DNA of 38,398 nt from the NCBI GenBank assembly GCA_002104905.1, contig MCFE01000764.1, positions 1 through 38,398 of the forward strand, read 5' to 3'. Origin of the DNA: Basidiobolus meristosporus CBS 931.73. Its lineage: Eukaryota; Fungi; Basidiobolomycota. Below the pieces are notes generated by a model. That model did no database searches, had not been told where the DNA came from, and worked only from the letters and a program-made list of their open reading frames with translations. Position 1 is the stretch's first letter. Each line of letters begins with the position of its first letter. The translations under genes and the position numbers were made by a program. Shown piece after piece: positions 1-12,019 of the stretch.

Positions 1-681
1 CAACAAGAATGAAGCTGGACACATGGATTGCTGCCACCACTGCATCCATTTTCTACTCCATCTTGCTTGGTGTGTGGAGAATAATGGGCCTTACTTCACC
101 TTTGGGGAGTTTCTATGGAGCAGATGTATGCAGAGATTGGAAAATGAGTCAATTTGCAAGTACTACCATATCCCACTCTCATTAGGAATATAACCTTCAA
201 GTCTGAAGTGGATGTGATGAGTTGGCACCAGAAGCACAGCCAGGAAGGGTTGGAAAATACTGAGGACAGATGTGCACATAGAGACACCTGTGCCTTCAGC
301 ATTGAGAAACTATGCAGCCCCAATGTGTGGTTACCAGTTGTGTGATGCAAGGATGGGTTGGATGCAACAAGCAACTAATACTTATTAGGGCAACTTTACT
401 AAAGTATTCCAGGTTTCTCCTGGACACAAGCCAACTTCTACACCATTCAATACAGAATTTATCCAAGCAAGAACCAGCGCACACCTATAAGGGGGACTAG
501 AATCCAGCATGGAGAGGGAATAGACTTGATCTGTTGGATAGTGCCACATTAAGCCAGGAGTGCCAAATAATGCCATAGTGTGCCAGTGAGGCCAAATAAG
601 CCTATACTTGGCCATGGAGTGTAAAGCATATTTCTACATCTTCATGCAAAGTAGCCCCTTTGTTTCACCCACTGTTCTGGA
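1..681. mobile_element. Degenerate CpG-depleted repeat/transposon-like remnant, family not assigned
   Basis: Almost no CpG, only short broken ORFs, and continuous with the left arm of the inverted repeat. No diagnostic domain was recognised. Confidence 0.3.
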
Positions 682-1095
682 GAAAATCCATTTTTTGACC
701 TTCTTATGAGATCAATGTTGTGCATTATGTGTAAGATCACTGATGGACTGAAGATATGCATTTGGTACTCCATACCCATGGCACTCTGAATCTAGCTCCA
801 GATATTTGTAACTTGTCACAAAAATTCATGGCACTATCTTGGTCCACTGGTACTATCAGGCACTATAAGTGCTTTATATAGGTTTTACTTTAGGACTAAT
901 ATTTGAATATAGTGTCAGATAGTACCAGTGGACCAAGATAGTGCCATGAATTTTTGTGACAAGTTACAAATATCTGGAGCTAGATTCAGAGTGCCATGGG
1001 TATGGAGTACCAAATGCATATCTTCAGACCTTTGGTGCACTTACAAACAGTCCTCAACACTGATCCCAAAAAAAAGGTCAAAAAATGGATTTTCA
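682..1095. repeat. Long inverted repeat (fold-back) with a perfect 110-bp core
   Basis: 748-857 is the exact reverse complement of 918-1027. An imperfect inner extension reaches 867/908. Diverged outer arms lie at 682-747 and 1028-1095 and share GAAAATCCATTTTTTGACCTT. Confidence 0.92.
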
Positions 1096-1422
1096 TAAAC
1101 AACAATCTGCTGATAAGCGGGCTAATTTGGCAGTCCATCACTACGATCAAGACTCCAAGCTTTCCTACTATTCCTAGGCTTTGATTGGCTATTCTTCGTT
1201 TATTGCCACTCAATACCACTACAAATACAAACCAATTCCAAGCATCCTCCCGGATCGGATCTCCCTTGAAGCTGAGTGGGGATCCCGGGCCAGAAATTTC
1301 GGACGGGAAGGGGATTTTCGATTCGCCCGAGATCCATTTTGGAGAACAATTAATAGGTGGGGTTTTCGGGGCCCACTTGCTATGAAGACAGAGGTGCTTG
1401 GAAGTCAGGCCGGAGTGTTGTC

Positions 1423-3225
1423 ATGAATACGGAAGAAAGCAAAGCCCTGTCGCATACAGAGTGGTCCATTCTGGACTACTATTGCGCCGAGGCTATATAT
1501 CAAGCGTTGAAGCTTCAGGTTACCACGAATCTCCGAGAACGGGTGGCAGTAGTGGAGGAAGCGTGCAAATATATTAGAGATATCGAAGGTAGTGATCCCT
1601 ATCCCTTGAACTTCTCGTTGCCCAGGTGTGGACTGAAGCGTTCCCTAGGGTTTTTGATCAACAGGAAGATGGACGATCTTTTCCTCCTGTCGCGTTACAT
1701 CACCCAGTTCCCCTCTAGCTCTCTACAAAGTCGGGTGTTTCTACGTGTAATACTGGCCGGGATAAGCCAGATCATTTTCCAAGAAGAGGGTTGCCTCGAG
1801 GACACCTACAAGATGCTTCACGCGATCGCCGAGATCTATATCCCTTGCTTGCTGACCCAGCAACCTATGAATTCAAATCACCTGAAGTTCATCCTCGGCT
1901 TGAAAACCCAGGTTCGGAAGAGGTTCCAGCTTGTCGAGGAACGAACAAACCAGAGTAACCCCCTTCTCGTCCATATAGCTCGTCATATTTGGCTCTCTTT
2001 GCGGCGTCGAGTGGACCTTCTTAATCGAACAGTATTTGAAGTCGAAGAAGGAGATTCTTCCCAAACTGGCCGGATTCTCTCTAGACCCACAACTACGTAA
2101 GGCCCACAAGCGCCAGCTGAAAAGTCGCCGCGAGGAGGTAATGGATGGCTGCTGTTTATGTGGCAAATGTCGGCCCACTAACCGGTTCGAAGTTCACCAC
2201 CATTTCTAGGAGTGATTGGGTGAACCGGTTTCCATGGAAAACATTCGTTCACGAGACTCACGATTTCCTCTTTCAAGTCTCCTACCTACTCCCGAAATCA
2301 AGTCTGTTCCATGTACGTTGCGGATTGTTGGTGGTGTTGTCTCCCCTATCTACATGCTTACCCACATCCATCAATCCTCGCTTAGCAAACAAGATCCATA
2401 GAGAGCTCTGATCCGGATGCAACTCAGTATCTTCCTGCTGAGTTGGAGAGTCCCGAGGCCATCACTCACAGCAACCAAGAATTTCATGAAGAAAGCGATG
2501 CAAATCAGCAGAACAAGGAGCCGTGAGTAACCATTGTTGGAACCCATACCGTTGGCATCGCACTAATTCCCTTTGACGGGCGCATTGAAGAAACTCCAAT
2601 TCCTCCGACCCGAAGCGGCCGATTTGCGAGGATGATAGTAAACCTAAACAAGGGACCAAGAGAAGGTTCGACCATCTAGCGTAGCATTTCGTCCGCAGCA
2701 TCGCTAATGCTTTTCCACAGAAGACGCAGAAGAGGTAGCACTGTCAAGCCGAATAACCCGGCCGTCACCACCCGCCCAGGAAGCCACGGTGCTTCTCGAA
2801 GCGATCCAGAACCGAGCCAGCAGGAGCGCTTGGAATTCCGTGATAGCGTATTGACCATCGGCGGTGAAGGTTCGAGTACATGAATTCTTGGGTTTTCTCC
2901 GTGCTAACCTCGCCCCTAACCTCTAACAGAGGCGCAGTATTTCCTCCCCCACCTCGACGACCCATATCCACTTGCGCCCACCGGATTGCAGAAACGAGGG
3001 AAAAAGCCGTGGCGTGAAGAGGAGCTTGAAGCATTGGTGCAAGGGATGCGCCTATTCGGCACCTCCTGGGCAATGATATTGAACCACTTTGGACCAAACG
3101 GTGTGCTTGGCAACGCCCTACGGGGAAGGACTCAGATTCAGTTGAAGGATAAGGCCCGCAACGAAAAGAACAAGAGACAGAAGCTAGGCATCCCGCTGGA
3201 TGTATTTGAGAAAGCCTGTGATTAG
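1423..3225 (+). CDS. Telomere repeat-binding factor-like protein: N-terminal TRFH-like helical domain, low-complexity linker, C-terminal telobox Myb domain (TRF1/TRF2/Taz1/Tbf1 family)
   Basis: Seven-exon model that stays in frame (introns ~1912-1978, 2138-2192, 2313-2385 and three more in the linker). C-terminal KRGKKPWREEELEAL...WAMIL...RTQIQLKDKARN is a telobox Myb. WSILDYYC and FPWKTF......FL resemble the first and last TRFH helices. Confidence 0.85.
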
Positions 3226-4810
3226 TCTTGCTTTGCTCAAGATAGACTCAATATTCCTTCTGGTCACCAGGCTTGGTTCGGCGGGTGCCCAAGGCGAGTG
3301 TGGCATGGTTAAGTTCTGTGGAATGGCTGCCTGGCATAGGCCACCTGTTTAGCGTCCACTACACACACTATGTATCATAGAGATGTTAAATATGTAATAG
3401 AAACATGAAACTGTGAGAAGCGGATCCATTCCATGCTTATTATGATTGGGGGTCAGTAATGATGTATACGGTGAATATGGTGGACGGAGGACGGAGGAGC
3501 AAAGTTCCATCAAGCACACTTGCTCCAAAGCCCTCCTCATTGAAGCGGCCTAGCCATATATGGAGTGGAGAGACGCCGGTACCTCAGGGCAGGTTCCAAG
3601 GCTTGTCATACCCAGGGTCGAAGTGCGCGCACCATATATTGAATCGCTCCAGGCGGTGGGGCTTCGCCTGACAACATCTGTGGAGAGGAGAGACAGTGGT
3701 GCATCCACGCATGCGAAACCCGCAGAAGCACATCAACCTTAGGTGGTCTTACTTGCAGTGGGTGCAGGCGTCATGCTTGCACTTTCGACGGTGAGACCAG
3801 CACTAATTTCCATGCGGTTTCTGATCCATCGCCCGGTGGATAATTTCAACGATGGAATTGGTCATCGTCGAACGCAAACTCATTACCATCTTTGGGGTGG
3901 CCGTATGTGGGTAGCCAGCCAATATTGCATCTGACCTAATCTTTCCCCGCCCGTGGCCATAGCAATTAAGATGTCAGTCACGGGAGCCGCAATCGTCCAC
4001 GGAGGAGAGGCTTCCACTGCACTTGCGTGTCGGAATCCCAAACGTCCCCAGAGTCACCACCCGGGCCTGTGGTGTCGAAGGAATGCTCCGCTCCGGCCAA
4101 CCCCATCACTAGCAACGGGGCCCATCTTGTTGATCGATATTGGTGCAACAGGAGATGCCTGAGGAATAGTCCAGATTCACTTCCCACCAGCAATGATCGC
4201 CCAGACGGTGAGCGGCGGCCGTCTCCGTCCAAAGTCGAGAGGTTGCTGGAATTCGTTGGCACCCAGACAAATTGGATTCCCTTCCCTAACGCAGCGTATG
4301 CGGGTGACAGAACATTCTCATTCATTTAGATGAAGCAGGTACAGAATTGGCTAATTTGTTCCCCGGGGAGGTTAATTTGCAGCTGACAGTCAGCTTGTTT
4401 GAGGACCCATCCCTCGCCCCCCAATTTAGCGGTTGGGTTTAGGGAAGCCCATATTACTGCGCGATAGCTGGTGCGACTGTTGTCACGTGGTACCATTTTT
4501 CTGAGCAATGGTTGAGCTATGCATGTGTAACTCGTCATGGCCTGTTGAGTAATGTGTACGAGGTGATACACTTCGAGGAAAAGCGCTCAACCGGATCTTG
4601 ATTGGGTGATTTGTCAAGGCTTTTTTAAGTAATATGGAAGTTTAACACCAATCTGAGGCTTGTTTATAAAGGGAGAGGGTCTCTCCGGTGTGCACCATCA
4701 ACACACACTCGGAAATTGACGCTGGTTCATTGATTTCCATTCAAAATTTTGTTCTACATATCTTCAGTTTCGGCTCACCCCTCGTTGTCCTCCATCCTTG
4801 CCCTGTGAAT

Positions 4811-6280
4811 ATGCGCGCGCCCAAACTATTTCGTCGCTCAACCTACACGATCACCAGGTCCACCAGCCTCGAGCCTGCCGGGTCCTACGATCAAGAGAGT
4901 CTGCCCGACTTCCCTGCGAAGGAGACGAGCCTTCCCGAGCCCAAGAAGTATGTGAAGGCTCTCCATAACTATCGAACGCCCCTTGACAAGGATTTTGGTT
5001 TCCGGGCTGGCGAGGTGCTGTACGTGATAGGCCAGGAAAATGACCGGGATTGGTGGGTCGTGTTCAACCCAATCACCAAGAAATCCGGCCTGGTTCCAGT
5101 GAAATTTTTGAAAGTTATTGAGGATGCATCCTCCATTTCCCCCCAAAAGCCGAAGAAGGCCCGCTCGGCCCCCGCCAGCAGATCAGGCTCGAGCAGCCAT
5201 CGGAACAGATCGGATCCCCTGGACAAACCCTTGGTCGATCTCGGACCCACCATCAACACCAGAAAAAGGGGGATCTCGAATGCACAGGCTACCCTTTATG
5301 GCGAGGTGCACGCCTCCTATGTTGCCACTTCGCCCGAGCACTTGAGCGTGATAGCAGGGGAGGTGGTGATTGTTGTTGGATGCACGTCTCCAGATTGGGT
5401 TTCAGTTAAGCCCATTGGCAAACGCGTAGGGCCCGGACTAATTCCGTCGTCGCACGTCGATGTCTATGATGCTCTAACCCAAGCAAAGGTTATCGATATT
5501 ATGCAGCACTTGCCCAAACCGGAATCCATCAAGCACCAAGTCACCAAGAACCATCCGGAGAAAGTTGAGCTGAACCAGGTGGTTTCTGCTTCGGTGTACG
5601 GCTATCGCTTCTTCGAAGACACCAGCGAATACGACCTGGAGATCGTTCTTTCCAGCGCCCCGTATTTTCGACAACTGATCAAAACGTACCAGGAGTTCTA
5701 TGAGTTCCACCTTGGGCTGCTGCAATTGTTCCCGGAGTACACCGGCCTCAATGGTCTCCCAAGGATTATCCCGTATTTGCCAGCACCTGCCACCGTGAAC
5801 TCGATCGAGGTTGCCCGACTGAGGGCAACTCAGCTAACTACCTATCTGGCCGAGCTTTGCGAGCTACCCCGCGAAGTGAAAGGGAGCTTTTTCTTCCGAG
5901 GCTTTTTTGGCGAAACCCAGCCCCCCACCCGTCTGTCCTACGATTTCAATCTCGAGCCCACCTCCAGCGTATCCTCCCTGCGCACACCAAGCCTGACCGA
6001 GTCCGACTCGTCGCGATCCAGCACACCCGTCCCAGCATACGCCAAGGTCAAGGTGATCTACGGATCGGACATCATTGCTATCAAGGTATCCACCGACATC
6101 ACCCTAGCCGAACTCCGCAAGAAGATTTTCTCGAGAATCGGGGATTTCAAAACCCTTCGATACAGCACGGATTGCCAGCAACCACAGTTGAACGAGATCA
6201 ACTCCGAATGCGAGCTAAAGTCCGCATGGAATCTGAGCTTTCGCAAAGACTCCGTGAAGCTAGTTCTGCACGCGGAGTAA
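4811..6280 (+). CDS. BEM1: Bem1/Scd2-like polarity scaffold (SH3-SH3-PX-PB1), single exon
   Basis: SH3 (YVKALHNY...DWW...GLVP), second SH3 (LYGEVHASY...DWVSVKPIG...GPGLIP), PX (KTYQEFYEFHLGLLQLFP...IPYLP) and PB1 (KVKVIYGSDIIAIKV) occur in Bem1 order. The first in-frame ATG is at 4811. Confidence 0.85.
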   Translation: MRAPKLFRRSTYTITRSTSLEPAGSYDQESLPDFPAKETSLPEPKKYVKALHNYRTPLDKDFGFRAGEVLYVIGQENDRDWWVVFNPITKKSGLVPVKFLKVIEDASSISPQKPKKARSAPASRSGSSSHRNRSDPLDKPLVDLGPTINTRKRGISNAQATLYGEVHASYVATSPEHLSVIAGEVVIVVGCTSPDWVSVKPIGKRVGPGLIPSSHVDVYDALTQAKVIDIMQHLPKPESIKHQVTKNHPEKVELNQVVSASVYGYRFFEDTSEYDLEIVLSSAPYFRQLIKTYQEFYEFHLGLLQLFPEYTGLNGLPRIIPYLPAPATVNSIEVARLRATQLTTYLAELCELPREVKGSFFFRGFFGETQPPTRLSYDFNLEPTSSVSSLRTPSLTESDSSRSSTPVPAYAKVKVIYGSDIIAIKVSTDITLAELRKKIFSRIGDFKTLRYSTDCQQPQLNEINSECELKSAWNLSFRKDSVKLVLHAE

Positions 6281-7677
6281 GTAACCATATACACATGTAA
6301 AGCGAACATACCACCCCTAACCCTTGTAGTGACTCCCAACTATACTTGTAAACTATTACCCTTCCCAGTGTCGTTCCATGTACTATAGGATATATCGAAA
6401 TAAATGCCAATGGAATGCTCTGCATGTAACCCATTCCCATGGAATTTCCGTTCGATTGCTGCCTGCGATATGCTAATTGAGCTGCACAACGTGGTACAGA
6501 TAATGCCTACCACCGTTTCACCCCCAACCAGTTATCTCCTTAAATCACTCTCCATGCTAACTTCACTAGGGAAACCGACTCGGGCCCTTCTTTAACCATC
6601 CGCTAGATTGGCTGGGAATTCCCAATGGCATCCGGCCTGGGTACACGGGAAAATGGGCCATCTCACCTGAGACTAATGTAGCCAGGTGCCACCGACTCGG
6701 GCAGATTGATCACCAGCACGCTATTCCTCCCGCTATCAATGAACATCCTGTTTGCAGATGCGGTTGCTGGCTGTGTCCAGTTTGCCGTTGATTTGGTTTC
6801 CATCAGCATCACACAAGATCACTGTCGTCGCGGTCTCTGTATACTCCAGGGTCGCTCATGGGAATTCCTCAGCAACCTCCCGTGTGTGCGGCAGATGAGA
6901 TGGTATCATGGCGAGGTGGAGTTAATACCCACGAAGGTTTGAGCACTACTCGCATACTCCTGGTCCGGCAAAAGATGGAACGACCATCAAGGGGTGGATC
7001 AAGCTGACTCGTAAGGATTCCCGAGATGCAGTGCTTCTTTGGCTCGAAGTGTGCGACCGATGGGCATACAAAGGATTACAAGAGCCAAAAATTGTAGCTC
7101 ATCGAATAGCATGACTTGTTATGGCCTGTTAAGAATCACTGCTAGGTATTGCTTTCATGTGCTTATGTGAAAAGTCCTATGTTGTTGAACACAGACGTAG
7201 CTCCTGTTAATGGCCTGGATACACAAACATATCAACTGGCGCACAAATACGGCAACATCAAGGCCTTGGTGCCAACGATAAAGGGCGTGGTGACACCCAG
7301 GAGTGGCTCCTACGAGAAGATCCTTACAGGCTTCGCCCGAGGACAAACCCTTTCACCATGAGGCTCAATGGCTAGTGGCAGAAGGATGTTTATTGTGGAT
7401 AGCGAAGAATAGAGGTGATTGGCGGGCACTCGATTAGAACATAGTTTGTATATAATGTGAGGGATGTGCATATGTTAGACTAGAATAATGGCCCTAAAGG
7501 GTTCCATCCTGTGTTCTTCCGCCAACATCATACACTGATGGTAGAGAAAGGATGATAGTGGCGTCCTGCGATGAAGAATCGATTGGTGATGGGTGCACAG
7601 ATGGATGAAGAGTGATGTGCGAGTGCATACTACATAGCGATATCGACAGGTTTGAAGTTGATTTGGGTGATCAGATA

Positions 7678-9855
7678 TCAGGGACGCGATGGTGATTCAT
7701 GTGCATCTACGGTTCCCCAACTGTGCAAAAAGTTAGCCATCGAATAATGAACACACGCATGGATACTTACAGTCGAACTGTGTGATCATCACTTGCAGAA
7801 GCAAACATGTATGGATTGGCAGGATTCCAATGGACGCAGTTGACAGTTGCTGAATGGCCAGAGAGGGTTTCTATAAGAATCCCATGGTTTCGGTGCCACA
7901 CGTATATGTTACCATCTAGGAGGAACAACTGGTAAGTGGTCGAGGATTCGCTGGTTGCTATGGTGATTGGTTTTTACCTTCGCTCCCACTCGCTACGAAC
8001 GCTTGGTTACTCCCACCCATACATGATCTTATAATGAAGCGGCCTTGCTTAAAGCCGACAAATTTCTGGATGAGTTTCTTCTCAACTACATCCCATAGAT
8101 GAATCTCCTGTGCAGCCCCTAGATTGACAATGACATACCTCCCATCATTCGATAGTCTCAGCGTGGTAATGTGCCCACCTTCGGTTATGTGGCTAGCGTA
8201 GATTAGACTTGGGAGGATGTAGGGTTGAGCAGTGTGGCACTTACTATAATTCCATTTTTCGGTTCAGATCGTAAAGGTGGATTTTTCTTTCGTGACAGAT
8301 GGTTACCATCCGAGAACCATCTTTGCTTATGGCCACTCCGTTGATTCTGTCCCCGATCCACTTGTGTAATACACGTCCTTGAATGTCCTACATCGGTGGT
8401 GGAAGGAGTGTTATTCATACAAGTCTCTCTGTTGGCTCTCTCTCTACGTCTATAAACAATTTACCCAAAGGAATAGATTTTTATCGCAGCTACCAGTAAC
8501 AAAATGTTCGTTGTCCGGCAACCAGCCACAAGCGGCAACTTCGGAATGCCCATCGAATGCCCGGATGTGTTGGCCAGTCTGCGCGGTAGACAGAGTATGG
8601 ATTAGGTCCAAACGCTATCGGAGCAAGTGAATTCGAAATACCCTGATATCCCAGAGTGTCACTCCGCCGTCATTACAACAGGTCAAAAGCATAGTATCAT
8701 CAGGAGACCACGCGAGATAACAGACAGCGTCACTGTGCTCGGTAAGCGTATGAACGGCATGTTTTTTCTACACCGAAAGGAAGGGTTAGCATCCACTTGC
8801 CAGGTGCCAACTGATAAGAGCGTATGTCACCTCTACACTCCATATGATGACCGACTTGTCTTTGGACCCCGATGCCACGTATTCTCCACTATGGGAGAAT
8901 GCAACATACCAAACCTCGTCACCATGGCCCTGGAAAATATGCTTGGTAGTGCCTGGGAACTGATCTCTAAAGAAGATACGTTAGCGTTCCCATCACTAAG
9001 CAACCCCCTCTATATGATTACCTATTGCATTTATGATCGGTGTACAGCGTTACAGAGCTATTGCTAGCATCGTGATAATGGCAGGTTGAGTGCTGATAAG
9101 CAATGGCTTGATTGAACAATGACTTCAGCCGATTACGAGGGATCATAGCAGACGACGAGATATAACCTAGCGAATAACAGGGCATTCAGGTGGCATTAGC
9201 TGTCCGTTTGAAAAAGCAATGTGTAGCATATATATCCACGATGGTCTCACTTTGTAGCTGGACCCACAGCTGTTCTCTAGAATCTTGCGCAGTCCCATGA
9301 ATGTGCGAGCGCTTTTTCACATCCACCTCATCTGCACACATAAGCAAGCTGGACAGCTGATGCAGCTTCTCGGTACCGTGGCTCAGTGGATTCAACTCGT
9401 ATCTCAAAACCTTCAGTGCTTTGAGCATCTCCCTGGATATCAGCAGCTCAAGAAACTTCTGCCGCTTCACGAGGAATTGGATTTCCTTGGTATCGCTCAT
9501 TTGATTGAGCTCCAGAAACGGCACCAGATCTTCCACCAATTGCCAATTCCCCTCCATGATCGCTTGACGAAACCGAGTCACCTGGAGCGATTCAAAACTA
9601 AACCCGGATTCCTCCTGCAGTAGCTTGGCGCTTCGACTGAAAGAAACGGTAAATTTAGTAGGCATTTTGGCACAGAGTTGCGGGTGGCTGAGCTAACCCA
9701 TATCCTAGATCCACAAGTGCCTGTAGGATGATTCGCACGACCTCCTCTTTCTGATACTTTTCTTCAGGATTGTTCAGCCCACTACTGCTGTGGGCATGCC
9801 TCTGCCCAGTCAAGTACCCATTGATTCCATTCATGATATTTTGATTACTTTTCAT
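7678..9855 (-). CDS. WDR26: WD repeat protein 26 / Gid7 (LisH-CTLH-WD40), multi-exon
   Basis: LisH (EEVVRIILQALVDLGY), CTLH (FRQAIMEGNW...FLVKRQKFLELL), MIPRNRLKSLFNQA, then WD repeats (GHGDEVWYVAFSHSGEYVASGSKD ... GHSATVNCVHWNP...FASASDDHTVRLW). Stop at 7678-7680; the start codon is approximate. Confidence 0.9.
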
Positions 9856-11122
9856 GCTTCTTTCTGAATACCTCGCAATGTTTGAGCCACTGGTGCGTTT
9901 GCGTAGCAAAGATAGGCTAGCTGTGCTGGGAACTTTATGGGCTCAGAATAGATACGCCCTGTTATGGTGCAAATAAAAGTGCTCTTGAAGAGTCCTCGGT
10001 GTAAGCTTCCTTGAGTCAAAATAGCCCCACGCTAAAGAAGTTTGTTTGTATCTTTCGTCTATGGAGTATTGAAGGGGATTGTACGGCTTTACGGAGTAAA
10101 CTAAACGGAACTCAAAGGCAGAGAGCAGCAGTTAGGGCAAATTTCAATTTGGGTTTGCCTTGGTGCTTCGTAACAGCCTTGTTATGCTGAAGTCGTTAGG
10201 GAGGTTGGAGGATACGTTAACTTGACAATAGATCGATGATCAAGTAACGTCGATTCGACGTACTGCAGGCCAACCACTCCATGATTGGGTTATTAATCAG
10301 ATATACTAAGGAGACCCGGTAGCACAATATTACACAAGCTGATGGACTGTGGGTGACTGGTTTATTCAACAGATCAGACATTGATATATTCATCGGCCAT
10401 CCGGCAAGAGTGCATCAAAAGAGATTTCCCTAGCGGCTGATATTTGATAAAGGGCTCGTCGTGTATGCTCGAAATGGCGGACTCAGTATTGGCACTCAGA
10501 ACGGCTGGATTGATGTGGGCCCAGCCATATTAACCTATACAAGTATCCATGCTCAGGGGCAGCCATCCCCACCATGCTCTTGTGCGCTGGATCTAGGCTT
10601 CATCCGGAAGTGCGATAATTGATTCACCACTCAGCAAGCAAGCATATCGTGCAATAAATGATCCTTGCTTGGTGATTATGTGTAGCGCATCCAATCATAG
10701 AGGTCAGGGAAATTACTCCGCAGCTTTGCTCAGGAATGCAGCCTTTGCTAAAAGTGCGGACTCCATATGGTGCTGGCTGGAGTATTGAGCCAGTTTAAAT
10801 TCACACGTGCTCCGCCCGGACGGACCATTTACATTTCATAGGGTCCGCCTTGGTTCCCTGGAGATATGCTCAATAGGCAGTACCCAGCAAGCAAACACAG
10901 TGCACTACAAGGCTTGGCTAGACATTAGGCAAATAACATCAACTGCTCATTTATGAACCGAGTTACTGAAGAAATCTCATTCAACAATGTTGCAGATCTG
11001 AATATCCTATCCCCAAAAGGTAACAAATAATTCCCGATATAAGTGTCAAGATGTTGTGGTTTGGGGTATACAAGTGTAAAGCAAAGTAAAAGGTAAATAA
11101 TCAACGTAATGGTTCATTCATT

Positions 11123-12019
11123 TTAGCAACACCCCCCGCCGGACTGTTCGGGACAGAGCTGCCTTGGCTAATCTTAATATTCTGCTTGTTGGCAGGTGCG
11201 ATGGTATTGGTGCCCATACGATCTTTGATTTGCTTGGCCATAGTCAAGAACGCCTGCTCCACGTTGGTAGAATCTTTGGCTGATGTCTCCAAGAGCGGAA
11301 TGGCGGTTTCTTTGGCAAATTCCTATTGCAAAAATTAGCACTTGCTGATGACCAGGATCGTTCAAACTGAGTCAACTTGCCTCAGCAACAGTGTACTCTA
11401 CAGCCCTCTTGGAGGAGAGGTCACTCTTGTTTCCAACGAGAAGTTTGTTTACCCCCTCTGAGGCATAGCGCTCGATTTCTTGCAACCACTGTTTGACATT
11501 GGTGAAGGTATCCTGATCTGTTACATCGTAAACAACTATAATCCCATGCGCTCCACGATAATAGGACGAAGTAATGGTGCGGAAACGCTCCTGCCCAGCA
11601 GTATCCCACTTGAAGTCAGGATCGAATTGTTAGCTTTGTTGGATAGAGGAGGATAAGCTTGTACTTACTATCTGAAGCTTAATGGTTTTTCCCTCCAGCT
11701 CAATCGTGCGAATTTTCTATCATACAAAAGGAAACGCGCTTAGTTCACCGGGATTCCGGTCTTAAGAAACAGGTGGCGACTAGTTCTACATAGGGAGATA
11801 GGAGGACTTACGAAATCAACACCAATCGTGCTGATGTAACTCTCTGTGTACGTGTCATCAGCGAACCGAAGCAAAAGACAGGACTTCCCAACACCGGAAT
11901 CGCCAATGAGAAGAAGCTTAAAGAGATAGTCGCTGTATAGCAAGGGCTCGTTAGCTCACGAATCAGAGAACCGGAGATGTTAGGCTCACTGGATACGCCA
12001 CTTACTATTCGGGATTCAT
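11123..12019 (-). CDS. YPT1: Rab1/Ypt1 small GTPase, multi-exon, with an apparent 1-nt frameshift just before the C-terminal CC motif
   Basis: [73 protein letters not shown] and ETSAK are all present. QSGGGCC* is encoded in a shifted frame ending at 11123; the unshifted frame stops at 11101. Confidence 0.95.

Noticed and set aside
400-540. Weak resemblance to a KDZ-type transposase motif (IPGF...GEGID..W) or a tyrosine-recombinase motif (GTRSTARKG)
   Set aside because: The key His/Cys/Asp residues are absent and the frames are broken. Too weak to assign without an HMM search.
861-914. Mini CACTA element (CACTA...TAGTG)
   Set aside because: There is no 3-bp TSD (AGG versus TCA), and the ends are explained as part of the larger inverted repeat.
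3349-4571. Cluster of 60-115 aa ORFs on both strands
   Set aside because: Mostly non-ATG starts, overlapping frames and no motifs; treated as intergenic.
6706-7361. Short ORFs between BEM1 and WDR26
   Set aside because: No consistent exon chain or recognisable domain.
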